This document shows, piece by piece, positions 36,341-45,241 of a stretch of 64,000 nt of DNA. Origin of the DNA: an uncultured Clostridia bacterium (GTDB lineage Bacteria > Bacillota > Clostridia > Oscillospirales > CAG-272); NCBI GenBank assembly GCA_946410595.1, contig CAMKAU010000001.1, positions 10,267 through 74,266 on the forward strand, given 5' to 3'. The notes under the pieces were generated by a model. The model was not told the DNA's origin and did no database searches. It saw only the letters and a program-made list of their open reading frames with translations. Numbering within the stretch: the stretch's first letter is position 1; every line of letters begins with the position of its first letter. The translations under genes and the position numbers were made by a program.

Positions 36341-36811
36341 ATGGAAAAAACGCGCTCCGTCCGCCCGATCGCCGTTCTTCTTTTCATCGCGATCGCGCTG
36401 ACCTCCGCCGTGATCTGGAGCCAGTCGGTAAAATCCGTGGAGGCCTCCGCCGCGGAGAGCTCCCGGGTCACCGAGTTTGTGCGCCCGGTTTTGGAAAAGA
36501 TCGTCGGCGAAGGAAACGTAACCGACCATCTCGTCCGCAAGGCGGCGCACTTTTTTGAGTTTTTCGCGCTTGGGTGCGAGCTCTTTTGCCTTACCCTCGC
36601 GCTCGGACTTGCCGGCCGCCGGCTCCTTGCCGCCGCCTTTTACGCCCTGCTTGCCGCCCTCACGGACGAAACGATCCAGATCTTTGCCGAGCGCGGCTCG
36701 CTCGTTTCCGACGTGTGGGTCGATTTTGCCGGGGCGCTTTGCGGGATGCTGGCCGTGTCCCTTTTCTATCTGCTCGTTCTGCTGATCAAAACGAGGAAAC
36801 GCCGCAAATGA
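36341..36811 (+). CDS. VanZ-family membrane protein
   Basis: KAAHFFEFFALG and LTDETIQIF motifs. GAGGA lies 7 nt before ATG 36341. Confidence 0.8.
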   Translation: MEKTRSVRPIAVLLFIAIALTSAVIWSQSVKSVEASAAESSRVTEFVRPVLEKIVGEGNVTDHLVRKAAHFFEFFALGCELFCLTLALGLAGRRLLAAAFYALLAALTDETIQIFAERGSLVSDVWVDFAGALCGMLAVSLFYLLVLLIKTRKRRK

Positions 36812-37506
36812 AAAAAACGGCTCTGCGCTTCCTCTCCCTTTTCCTCGCTCTCTTTCTCCTCGCGGGATGCGCGGGCGCGAACGAGTACCGCCCGGCGCAG
36901 GTACGGTACGACGAGAGCGGCGTCCCCGTTTACGAGGGGAAAAGCTCCGCCGTTCTCAACGAGAACGCGCCGTCGTTTACCGACCGGCAGAAAAGCTCGC
37001 TTTCTTCCTTTGAGATCTACGCCGCGCTCGACCCGCTCGGCCGGTGCGGTCCCGCCTTTGCCAACCTTTCCCGCGAAACGATGCCCACCGAGCCGCGCGG
37101 CTCGATCGGGATGATCAAACCGAGCGGCTGGCATCTCATCAAAAGCGAAAACGTTGACGGCGGCTATCTCTACAACCGCTGCCACCTGATCGGCTATCTC
37201 CTCTCGGGCGAGAACGCGAACGAGTGTAATCTCGTCACGGGAACGCGCGAGATGAACGTGTCCGGGATGCTCCCCTACGAGACGGCGGTGGCCGACTTTA
37301 TACGGGAGACGGGGTATCACGTCCTCTACCGCGCCACGCCGCTCTTTGTCGGCGACGAGCTTGTCTGCCGCGGCGTGGAGCTGGAGGCCTTCTCCCTTGA
37401 AGACGGGGGCGAGGGGATCTCCTTTCACGTTTTCTGCTTCAACGTACAGCCGGGGTTTACGATCGACTACGCGACGGGAAAGGCGTGGGAGATCGCGCCG
37501 TCATAA
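36808..37506 (+). CDS. Lipoprotein DNA/RNA non-specific endonuclease (Endonuclease_NS_2-like)
   Basis: Lipobox LLAGC and NRCHLIGYLLSGENANECNLVTGTREMN active-site region. ATGA overlap with vanZ. Confidence 0.85.
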   Translation: MKKTALRFLSLFLALFLLAGCAGANEYRPAQVRYDESGVPVYEGKSSAVLNENAPSFTDRQKSSLSSFEIYAALDPLGRCGPAFANLSRETMPTEPRGSIGMIKPSGWHLIKSENVDGGYLYNRCHLIGYLLSGENANECNLVTGTREMNVSGMLPYETAVADFIRETGYHVLYRATPLFVGDELVCRGVELEAFSLEDGGEGISFHVFCFNVQPGFTIDYATGKAWEIAPS

Positions 37507-37520
37507 AAGCAAAAAAACAG

Positions 37521-37551
37521 GCGCCGGACGTCCGCAAGGGACGTCCGGCGC
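37521..37551. terminator. Bidirectional terminator
   Basis: 13-bp stem gcgccggacgtcc/ggacgtccggcgc, with an upstream A-run and downstream T-rich tract. Confidence 0.8.
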
Positions 37552-37563
37552 TCTTTCATTTTC

Positions 37564-38481
37564 TCAGCCTTTTCTCTGTTCAAAGATCCACTTGAGGACC
37601 GCCGCCGAGGCGCCGACCTCCTTGAAGATGGTGTGGCCTTTTCCGTTATAGGGGGTCAGGATGACGTTCTCTCCCGCGCCCGCCTCCTTGAGGGCGTTAT
37701 ACATCTTTTCGTTGCCCGAGTACGGCACGGTGGGGTCTGTGGTGCCGTGGTGGATCCAGATCGAAAGATCCTTCATCAGCGGCGCCTTGTCAAGGTCGCC
37801 GCAGCCCGCCACGATCACGGCGGCGGCAAAGCGGTCCGGGAACCGCGCCATCAGATCCCAGCAGGCAAAGCCGCCCATCGAGTTGCCGTAGAGATAATAC
37901 CGCGCGGGATCGGTGGAGAGCATCGCCGTCCAGTAATCGAAGATCTCGATCGCCGTCTGCAGGCACGCCGCCGGTTTGGCGGTCGAGGTATAGTTGCCGA
38001 CCTTGTAGTCGCAGGAGACCCACTGGGTGGCGGTACTGCACTGCGGCGCGATCATAATGACCTCGCCCTTATAGGCGGCGTTTGCGCGGATCCGCTTCAG
38101 GATCTCCGCGCTGTCGTTGGAGATCTGGGTGGTGTTGTTCGTACCGCGGGAGCCGTTGCCGTGCAGGTAGAACAGCACGGGATAGCTCTTCTCCGGCGTG
38201 TACCCGGCGGGCAGATAGATCTGATAGGGGAGGGAGAACTTCTGCGCCTCTTTGAGCGTGTTTGAGTTGTTCCAGGCACCCTCCTTCAGCTCGGTCACGG
38301 CGGGAGGAGCCGTCTCCGGCTCGGTCTCCGGCGCCGTTTCCGGTTCGGTCTCCGGCTCGGTCTCCGGCGCGGCGGTCGTTTCCGCCGGTTTCTCGGTTTC
38401 CTCCGGCGTCCCGTTCGCGCACGCCGCTAAAAGGGGCAGCAGGATCAGGCCGCAGAGAAGCAGAGCGATCATCCGTTTCAT
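37564..38481 (-). CDS. Lipoprotein alpha/beta-hydrolase esterase (CE1/PHB-depolymerase-like)
   Basis: Lipobox LLAAC, PETEPETEPETAPETEPETAP linker, GNSMGG nucleophile elbow and HHGTTDPTVP motif. Confidence 0.85.
   Translation of the reverse strand: MKRMIALLLCGLILLPLLAACANGTPEETEKPAETTAAPETEPETEPETAPETEPETAPPAVTELKEGAWNNSNTLKEAQKFSLPYQIYLPAGYTPEKSYPVLFYLHGNGSRGTNNTTQISNDSAEILKRIRANAAYKGEVIMIAPQCSTATQWVSCDYKVGNYTSTAKPAACLQTAIEIFDYWTAMLSTDPARYYLYGNSMGGFACWDLMARFPDRFAAAVIVAGCGDLDKAPLMKDLSIWIHHGTTDPTVPYSGNEKMYNALKEAGAGENVILTPYNGKGHTIFKEVGASAAVLKWIFEQRKG
38314..38373 (-). repeat. Five imperfect 12-nt tandem repeats encoding the PETE/PETA linker
   Basis: ctccggctcggt / ctccggcgccgt / ttccggttcggt / ctccggctcggt / ctccggcgcggc. 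Confidence 0.8.
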
Positions 38482-38511
38482 CAGAAATCACCTCATTCAT
38501 CGGTTTTTTCC

Positions 38512-38540
38512 AGTATAGCGCGCAGATCCCGGTTTGTCAA
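38512..38540 (-). promoter_or_regulatory. Promoter of the esterase gene
   Basis: Minus strand: TTGACA, 17 nt, TATACT. Confidence 0.7.
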
Positions 38541-38553
38541 GAGAAAAAGACGA

Positions 38554-39600
38554 TCAAAGCAGAAAATCGACCTTCTCCCGCAGCGAGAACGCCTCGGCGT
38601 ACCGTTCCTCCATCGGGATCCACTCGGAAAAGAAGCGGGAAGCGAGGGCGGGCGAGCGGGCAAGGATCCGGCGGCGCTGCTCGTCCGGCGAAACGTCCAG
38701 AAAGAGCGTTACGGAGTAAAACGGAAAAAGATCGGGGTGCAGGGCGTAGGAGCCCTCCGTAAGAAGCACCGGCGCACCGGATAGCGCACGGCTGCCGCTT
38801 TGCCGTTCGAGCCCGCAGTCGTAGATCCCGTAGGAAAAGGGTCCTCCCTTCTCCGCCGCGCGGAGCACGCCGAGAAGACGCTCCCGGTCGAGATTGCCGC
38901 CGGGCTCGGCAAGGCGCGCTTCCGTCCGCATCGCGGGCGGGAGAAAGAAATCGTCGCAATGGATCACGTCGGCGTCAAAAGCGGCGGAAAGAAAGTGGGC
39001 GGCCGTCGTTTTGCCCGCGGCGGCGCGGCCGTCGATCCCGACGACGACGCGCTCCCCCGCCGCCAGGCGCCGCTCGATTTCCCGGGCGGCGAAATAGACG
39101 CGGGCCGCCGTGCGGGAGAGAACGCGGTACGCGGGCCGGTATGCGTCGCGGTATTCCTCGCTGTGGGAAACGGGCCCGCGGGCAAAGTACGCCCGCAGCC
39201 CGACCGCCGCCTCCTGCGCGGAAACGCGGGGAAAGAGACCGTCCCCCGCCGCGCGGAGGATCTCCCGCGTTTTCGCCGAAAAGCCCGCCTCGCTCCCGCC
39301 GGCGGCTCCGTCCTCCTCCGAGGAAGCGGCAAAAAGCCGCGCCGCAAGGGAAAGGTCGCTCTCGCGAAAAGCGGCGGCATCCAGCATCAGGCGGACGCGC
39401 CCCTCCCCGATCGGGACGAAAAGCTCGCGCCCGTCCCGGCCGCAGGCGGCGTACTCGTCGGCAAGGCGTTCCCGCGCCGCGCCGCGCTCCGCGAAATGCC
39501 CGCAGCCAAACTCGCTCTGGTAGGCGAGCTTAATGAGATCGCGCAGGCGCATCTCCGGATAGCGGGCGGCGTGCTCGCGCAGGATCCCGTAAAAATCCAT
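38554..39600 (-). CDS. Two-domain protein: unknown N-terminal domain plus uridine-kinase-like P-loop NTPase
   Basis: Start at MDFYGILREH (39600). Walker A GIDGRAAAGKTT, with a Udk/PRK-like C-terminal half. Confidence 0.75.
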   Translation of the reverse strand: MDFYGILREHAARYPEMRLRDLIKLAYQSEFGCGHFAERGAARERLADEYAACGRDGRELFVPIGEGRVRLMLDAAAFRESDLSLAARLFAASSEEDGAAGGSEAGFSAKTREILRAAGDGLFPRVSAQEAAVGLRAYFARGPVSHSEEYRDAYRPAYRVLSRTAARVYFAAREIERRLAAGERVVVGIDGRAAAGKTTAAHFLSAAFDADVIHCDDFFLPPAMRTEARLAEPGGNLDRERLLGVLRAAEKGGPFSYGIYDCGLERQSGSRALSGAPVLLTEGSYALHPDLFPFYSVTLFLDVSPDEQRRRILARSPALASRFFSEWIPMEERYAEAFSLREKVDFLL

Positions 39601-39611
39601 ATTCGTTCCTT

Positions 39612-41060
39612 TCAGCGGACGCCCCGGTAGAGCTCCGCCAGCTTGGCGTTGATCGGTTCGATCTGTTTTTGCGCCGTCTCCCGTCCCGCTTCGACCATCG
39701 CGTCCCACCCCTCGGGGTCGGTAAGCGCGGCGATCGCGTACGCGTAATCGCCGAAGCCGAACAGTTCGCCGAAATCGTAGCCGTGCCGATCGAACAGGAG
39801 GGAGAGGATCTCGTCCTGCGTTTCTCTTTTTCCCTTCCCGGCGCCGCTGTATCGCTGCGCGAGCGGCGTTTGGACTTCCTCTCTCGTCAGATATGCGAAC
39901 GCTTCGGTCACAACGCCCGTCCGTTTTGCATTTTCAAGGAAAAAGGGCGCGCAGATCATCTGCGCTGTACGGGGATCGACGCCGCTTTCACACAGCCGTC
40001 CCTCCTCCGCCGTCGGATAAGGGAGAACGGAAAAGGAAACGCCCCGCTCCCGCAGACCCGGGACGGCGGCAAGCGACGTCAGACAAAAGAGCGCCTTTCC
40101 GGCAGAGAAGGCGTTGTCCCGCTCCGCTTCCCACGCGCCGACCGCGTTCGTTTCCCGCTGCGGCATATAGCAAAACCCGGGATCCAGAAGGACGGACGCG
40201 CACGCGGTGAAAACGCGCCTCGCGGACGCGTCGAGCGAAAGGGTGAAAAGCCCTTCCCCGTCCGTCCGGGCGATCCGGACGCCGGCGCCGCAGAGCGCGG
40301 CGGAAAGCGACCCGCTCGAGGCGATCGCCGCGCGGAGATCCGCCGCGGGATCCGACCGGGAGAAAACCTCCCGCGCCGTTTCGGCAAATCGGTCCCAGGT
40401 AAAGCGGCCGGAGAGAACGCTTGCGTAAAGCCCGTTTATCTCTTCGTCCGTGAGAAAACCGTCATAGGAAAGGACGCAGGCGGTCCGCTCCGCCTGCGAG
40501 AGAAGAAGATCGCCGGAGGTGAAAAAGACGCTTTCCCGCAGGGAAAGATCCTTTACGGCGGAAGCGTCCCACCACTCGCGCGAAAGATCGAGCCCCGGAA
40601 GGGTTTTCAGATCCGAAAGGAGCCCGCAGCAGGCGAGGACCGCCGCGTCGTACGCGCCGATCGCGGCGAGGTCGTAATCGTACGATCTCGCGTAATACGA
40701 CTTGACGAGCGCGTCGTACCCCGTTCCCCGCGCCGCTGGGGAGAGATAGCCGAAGCTCTCCTTCGTTTTGATAAGAATACCGAGCGCATCCTCCGCCGCG
40801 CGGTTGCGGCGGTAGAGCGCCTCGCTCAATGCGGGCGTTTTTCCGCTTTGGTGGTCAAAATCGTTTTCCGATCCGCCGCCGGCGGCGAGGACGGTAAAGG
40901 AATAGCCGTCATAGTACGCGTCGGCGGGGATGGGAGAGGCGGAAACGGCGGCGCTATCCGGCAGAGCGCTCTCCGTTTCCGGCGCGGCGGAGCCGCCGCA
41001 GCCGGAGAAGACGGAAAGCGAGAAAAAGAGGGCGAGAAAGAGGGAGAAAAAACGTTTCAT
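39612..41060 (-). CDS. Lipoprotein, possibly solute-binding-protein-like
   Basis: Signal peptide plus lipobox (VFSGC). 482 aa. ATGA overlap with the upstream gene. The family is not recognised with confidence. Confidence 0.75.
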   Translation of the reverse strand: MKRFFSLFLALFFSLSVFSGCGGSAAPETESALPDSAAVSASPIPADAYYDGYSFTVLAAGGGSENDFDHQSGKTPALSEALYRRNRAAEDALGILIKTKESFGYLSPAARGTGYDALVKSYYARSYDYDLAAIGAYDAAVLACCGLLSDLKTLPGLDLSREWWDASAVKDLSLRESVFFTSGDLLLSQAERTACVLSYDGFLTDEEINGLYASVLSGRFTWDRFAETAREVFSRSDPAADLRAAIASSGSLSAALCGAGVRIARTDGEGLFTLSLDASARRVFTACASVLLDPGFCYMPQRETNAVGAWEAERDNAFSAGKALFCLTSLAAVPGLRERGVSFSVLPYPTAEEGRLCESGVDPRTAQMICAPFFLENAKRTGVVTEAFAYLTREEVQTPLAQRYSGAGKGKRETQDEILSLLFDRHGYDFGELFGFGDYAYAIAALTDPEGWDAMVEAGRETAQKQIEPINAKLAELYRGVR

Positions 41061-44000
41061 ATCGCTCCGTCTTCGAGCAGGCGGAACACAAAGAGCGAGA
41101 AGTTGGTGGGGTCGAGCCGCTCCGCCTCGGCGGCGCGGCGCTTGGCCTCCTCCCTGTCGCCGAGTCCGAAGAGAGCGAAAGCGGCAAAGAGCGATCCTTT
41201 GACGGTATTGCGCTCCGCAAAGTTATACTCGAAGGGGCAGGGGCAGGGAGAGCCGACGCCGTAGTAAGCGGGAACGTCCCGGTCGCGGATCAGTTTTTCG
41301 CCCGTCTCGAGCAGGTCGCGCAGGAGAGCGTCCGCTTCCCTCTTTTTGCCGGCCTCCCGGTACGCGAGCGCGCGGAAATAGGAGATCTCGGTCGGCGCGG
41401 CGTGGTCGGTCTCGGCGGCGGCGAGATAGCTTGCGTATTTCTTTTCCGCTTTCAGCGCTTTGGCGGCCAGGGCGGCGCCGTAATTGAGATGCGACTCCTG
41501 GGCGAAATAGTTCTTTTCCTCGCCGTAGCAAAGCGGGAAGGTAAAGCCCTTTTCAAACTCGGCAAGCGCCTTTTTCGCCTTGCCGGCGGAAAGCGCCGCA
41601 AAGCCGCGCAGCGCGCAGAGCCAGGCGTGGTGGCGGGTCAGATTTCCTTCCCCGCCCTCGTAGGTGTGGAAACGGTGTGAAAGCAGCGCCTCCCGCGCCT
41701 CGTCGTAGCGGCCGAGCTCGGTGAGAAGGATCGAGCGGTCGAGCGTGCAGTCGTCCCGGCGGGCGGAGAGAACGGGATACGCTTCGTGAAGCGCAAGCCG
41801 TTCCGCAAGCGGTCTTCCCGCGTTTTTCTTGAGCTGGACGAGCTCGTAGAAGATCCGGGCGTTGTCCGGCGCAAAGCGAAGCGCTTTTTCCAGCGCGTCG
41901 AGCGCTTTTTCGTAATCTCTCTTCTTATCGTAATACGCGAGCCCGAGGTTGCGCCAGGCGGGCGCGAGGTCGGGGCGGCGGGAAACGGCGGTCTTCCATT
42001 CGGAGACCGCGTCGTCGTAGCGGCGGCGGTCGTAGTAGAGACAGCCGAGGTAGTAGTGAGCCATCGGAGTCCCGGCGAAGGAAAGGACGGCGATATCCTC
42101 GAGCCGCGCGGGGAAGGTGAGCCCCCAGTCAAGGGCCTCCGCCTGCTCGGCATAGGAACGGTCGCCCGTGAGATACGCTTTGTAGTAGAGGATCTCCGGC
42201 TTGGCGGGATCCGCCTTCGCGAGCTCGGCGAGCGCCGCTTCGGTCAGGCCGGCGCGGGCGTAGTCGATCGCCCGGTCGATGTAATACTCATGCTTGTCCG
42301 GCTCCGCGCCCCACAGCGGGTCGAGCGCGGCGATCTTTTCCTCGACCGCGGGATCGCCGGTGAGCAGGGATTTGAGCCGCAGGGCGGTCAGGTTGACGGC
42401 GTTGCCGGACAGACTGATCTCCAGTTTTTCCAGCGCGGCGGCTTTGTCCCCGCGTTTTGCGTCAAGCTCCGCGAGCGCAAGATAGGAGGCCGCCGCAAAG
42501 CGGTAGCTCCAGGAGGCGGCAAAGAAGCTGTCGTACGCCTCCTCCTCCCTGCCGAGATACCGGAGCGCGAGCGCCTTGAGATAATGCGCCTCGGTATCCT
42601 CCGGGTTGAAGTTGCGCAGGCAGAGACGCGCAAGCGCCCGGTCGGCGTATTCGATCGCCAGATCGAACTCCCCGCGCGCGAGCGCGACGCCCGCCATCGC
42701 GGTATTGCAGCGGGCGTCCCCCGGATCGCGGGAGAGCGCCTCGCGGTAATAATCGGTCGGCTCGTAGGCAAAATGCCGGTACTGCTCGAGGTGCCTGCCG
42801 TTGAGGTAAAGCTCCTCGTTCGTTTTGATCTCCTTCGGCGGCAGGGCGGGCTTGCGCGGCTCGATCGGCTTTTTCCCGCCTCTCTTGTAATAGCGGTATC
42901 CGACCAGCTCCTTTCCCTCGGCGGAGAGGAAAGAGAGCGTCACGCGGGTAAAGTCGATCCCGCGGGCGGGCAGCTCCGTCTGAAAGACCTTGTCGGGCGC
43001 CACGTCGGCGCGGGTATCGAGAAGGACCTTGTCGCCCTCGCAAATGAGGACGCGGGCGTTTTTGAACACGCCGGTCGCGTAGATCCCCGCGTAGATCTTT
43101 GCGCCGCGCTTTTCCACGTTGACGGCGGCGTCGATCGTGGCGTTTTTGACCTCGCCGATCTCGCGCACCGGGTACCAGTACTGCTCAAAGGCGCGGGTTT
43201 CGTACGGCGCAAGCCAGGTAAAGTCCGGCTGATTGTCGGTATAAACGCCGGTCATCAGCTCGACGTAGTGCGAGCCGTCGTCGGTCAGGTTGGAGCACCA
43301 TTTGTCCCCGAACGGGTGGTTGCCCCAGTGCCAGAGCTTTTTGCCGGGGGAGATATGATGGTCGGCAACGGTCACGATGCCGCAGTCCTTCCCCGCGTCG
43401 TAGCCGGAGATGAAGTCCGCGTCGCTCTGGCCTTTGGAGACCAGATAGGAGGAGGGGACGTGGATGTTCGAGAGATTGTGGATATCCGTCCCCTCGCCGA
43501 AATCGAAGGGGCGGGCGGTATGGTAAACGCCGCGGGCGATCGGCCACTCCAGCACGGCGCGGCGGTCGTGGTCGTTGACGTATTCCACGTCCGGCGGGAA
43601 AACGACCCGGTAGTCCCGGTTGATCTCAACGGCGAGGTTGGCCCACCACATGACGGGCTGCGCGACGGGCGTGCGGTTGAAAAGACGGACCTTCGCCTTG
43701 AAATAGGAGCGGCCCGGCTCGATCGTAACGCCCGCCATCCCCTTCATCCGGTAGAGGGGATCGACCTCACCGACCCAGACGGTCTTTTCGCCGTTTTCCT
43801 CCGTGATCGCGGACTCAAGCGGCATAAAGGTCGTGGGGCGGTGGTGCTGCGGCCAGTTGAACTCGATGCCGCCGGAGACCCACGGCCCGGCCAGGCCGAC
43901 CATCGCGGGCTTGATCACCTTGTTATAGTAAATAAAGTCGTAGCCCGTGGTCTTGTCGAGCGCGCGCTGGACCTTGCCGCCGATCTCGGGCAGAACCTCG

Positions 44001-44218
44001 AGATAGATATATTCGTTTTCCAGGACCGCCGCGTGATAGGTCACGTCCTGTTTTTCATCGCTGATCTCGGTCGTGAAGGGGATCGGATAGAGCCGCCCGC
44101 TTGCGCCCTGATAGGGCTTTTTTTCAAAAAACATCGGGAGGTCTTCCGGCTTGCCGGGCTTGTAGGTCGGGATCACGATATCCTGATACCGGACCGAGGC
44201 GTCCTGCTTCTTTTTCAT
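41057..44218 (-). CDS. Cytoplasmic 1053-aa protein: DUF5107-like N-terminal domain plus long TPR array
   Basis: No signal peptide. The N-terminal ~450 aa is beta-rich (WPQHHRPTTF, aldose-epimerase-like feel). The C-terminal ~550 aa consists of TPR-like repeats. Confidence 0.85.
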   Translation of the reverse strand: MKKKQDASVRYQDIVIPTYKPGKPEDLPMFFEKKPYQGASGRLYPIPFTTEISDEKQDVTYHAAVLENEYIYLEVLPEIGGKVQRALDKTTGYDFIYYNKVIKPAMVGLAGPWVSGGIEFNWPQHHRPTTFMPLESAITEENGEKTVWVGEVDPLYRMKGMAGVTIEPGRSYFKAKVRLFNRTPVAQPVMWWANLAVEINRDYRVVFPPDVEYVNDHDRRAVLEWPIARGVYHTARPFDFGEGTDIHNLSNIHVPSSYLVSKGQSDADFISGYDAGKDCGIVTVADHHISPGKKLWHWGNHPFGDKWCSNLTDDGSHYVELMTGVYTDNQPDFTWLAPYETRAFEQYWYPVREIGEVKNATIDAAVNVEKRGAKIYAGIYATGVFKNARVLICEGDKVLLDTRADVAPDKVFQTELPARGIDFTRVTLSFLSAEGKELVGYRYYKRGGKKPIEPRKPALPPKEIKTNEELYLNGRHLEQYRHFAYEPTDYYREALSRDPGDARCNTAMAGVALARGEFDLAIEYADRALARLCLRNFNPEDTEAHYLKALALRYLGREEEAYDSFFAASWSYRFAAASYLALAELDAKRGDKAAALEKLEISLSGNAVNLTALRLKSLLTGDPAVEEKIAALDPLWGAEPDKHEYYIDRAIDYARAGLTEAALAELAKADPAKPEILYYKAYLTGDRSYAEQAEALDWGLTFPARLEDIAVLSFAGTPMAHYYLGCLYYDRRRYDDAVSEWKTAVSRRPDLAPAWRNLGLAYYDKKRDYEKALDALEKALRFAPDNARIFYELVQLKKNAGRPLAERLALHEAYPVLSARRDDCTLDRSILLTELGRYDEAREALLSHRFHTYEGGEGNLTRHHAWLCALRGFAALSAGKAKKALAEFEKGFTFPLCYGEEKNYFAQESHLNYGAALAAKALKAEKKYASYLAAAETDHAAPTEISYFRALAYREAGKKREADALLRDLLETGEKLIRDRDVPAYYGVGSPCPCPFEYNFAERNTVKGSLFAAFALFGLGDREEAKRRAAEAERLDPTNFSLFVFRLLEDGAI

Positions 44219-44229
44219 CTTTTATTCCC

Positions 44230-45078
44230 TCACTTTGTAAGACTTTGATAGATTTCGTTTGCCATCAGCTGATAGCCGACGTCGGTCAGATGGATCCCGT
44301 CGGTATAATACCCGCTCGACGCCGTTGCGTACGGAGCGGTGGCGGTGTGGAGGTCGATCAGCCCCGTCCCGAGCTCCTCGGAGACCGCCCGGATCTCGGG
44401 GAGGATTAGCTCCGCAAGATTTTTCTTGCGTACCGCCATATCGTACCGGTCGACGCAGAGGATGAGATAGACCCTCGGCGAGGAGGAAAGCGCCTGATAG
44501 CTCTTGACCAGCGCGGCAAGCTCCCGGTGGAACTTGGCGGCCACGTCGGTGTTCTGGTGGGCGACGTACGCGTCGTTGGTGCCGAGCATAATGACGACCG
44601 TGTCCGGCTGATAGGAAAGACTGGCGCGGTACTCCGCCGTTTCCGTGTAGGCGACGCTGCCGTCGCTTGCGTACTTGTATTCCTCGTTTTTGTTGTTGAT
44701 CGCGTAGGCGCGGGAACGGCCGAAGTTGCGCACATTCGTCCCGGTTCCGAACAGCTTTTGCAGCAAAACGGGATAGGAGGTCTTCGCGCGGTCGGAGGCG
44801 CCGACGCCGTAGGTGATACTGTCGCCGACGCAGGCGATCTTGCGGGGCTGCGCGGGCTTTTCCGTCTCCGGGGCCGTTTCCGGTACGGTTTCCGGCGTCG
44901 TTTCCGGTACGGTTTCCGGCGTCGTTTCCGGTACGGTCTCCGGGAGCGTGTCCGGGGAGGCGGTGGGCTGTCCGTTCTCCGTTCCGGCGGACGGCCCGCC
45001 CGACGAAGGAGCGCAGGCGGCCAGGACAAAGATCGCCGAGAAGAGGAGGATCAGCAGACGGTTCTTTTTGATCTTCAT
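44230..45078 (-). CDS. Lipoprotein SGNH/GDSL hydrolase
   Basis: Lipobox VLAAC, PETVPETTPETVPETTPETVPETAPE linker, block I CVGDSITYG and block V DGIHLT. Start is ATG 45078, with 45090 as an alternative. Confidence 0.85.
   Translation of the reverse strand: MKIKKNRLLILLFSAIFVLAACAPSSGGPSAGTENGQPTASPDTLPETVPETTPETVPETTPETVPETAPETEKPAQPRKIACVGDSITYGVGASDRAKTSYPVLLQKLFGTGTNVRNFGRSRAYAINNKNEEYKYASDGSVAYTETAEYRASLSYQPDTVVIMLGTNDAYVAHQNTDVAAKFHRELAALVKSYQALSSSPRVYLILCVDRYDMAVRKKNLAELILPEIRAVSEELGTGLIDLHTATAPYATASSGYYTDGIHLTDVGYQLMANEIYQSLTK
44869..44952 (-). repeat. Tandem 24-nt repeats (two identical copies plus diverged copies) encoding the PETVPETT linker
   Basis: cggtacggtttccggcgtcgtttc occurs at 44881-44904 and identically at 44905-44928, flanked by diverged copies. 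Confidence 0.85.
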
Positions 45079-45111
45079 ATCCGATGTCATCTCCTTTTGA
45101 TTTTCAGTATT

Positions 45112-45140
45112 ATCCTACCACGTCCGGAGGAGAGTTGCAA
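45112..45140 (-). promoter_or_regulatory. Putative promoter of the SGNH/DUF5107 operon
   Basis: Minus strand: TTGCAA, 17 nt, TAGGAT. Confidence 0.45.
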
Positions 45141-45178
45141 GACCAATCTTTTCGCAAATCCGGGCCGCGGTTTTGTCC

Positions 45179-45207
45179 TTGACAACCTTTTCTTCCTATT
45201 GTATAAT
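45179..45207 (+). promoter_or_regulatory. Consensus sigma-A promoter of the hybrid regulator gene
   Basis: TTGACA, 17 nt, TATAAT (perfect consensus). Confidence 0.75.
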
Positions 45208-45241
45208 CAAGCTGAAAACGATCGAAGACCGGAGGGCAGCC

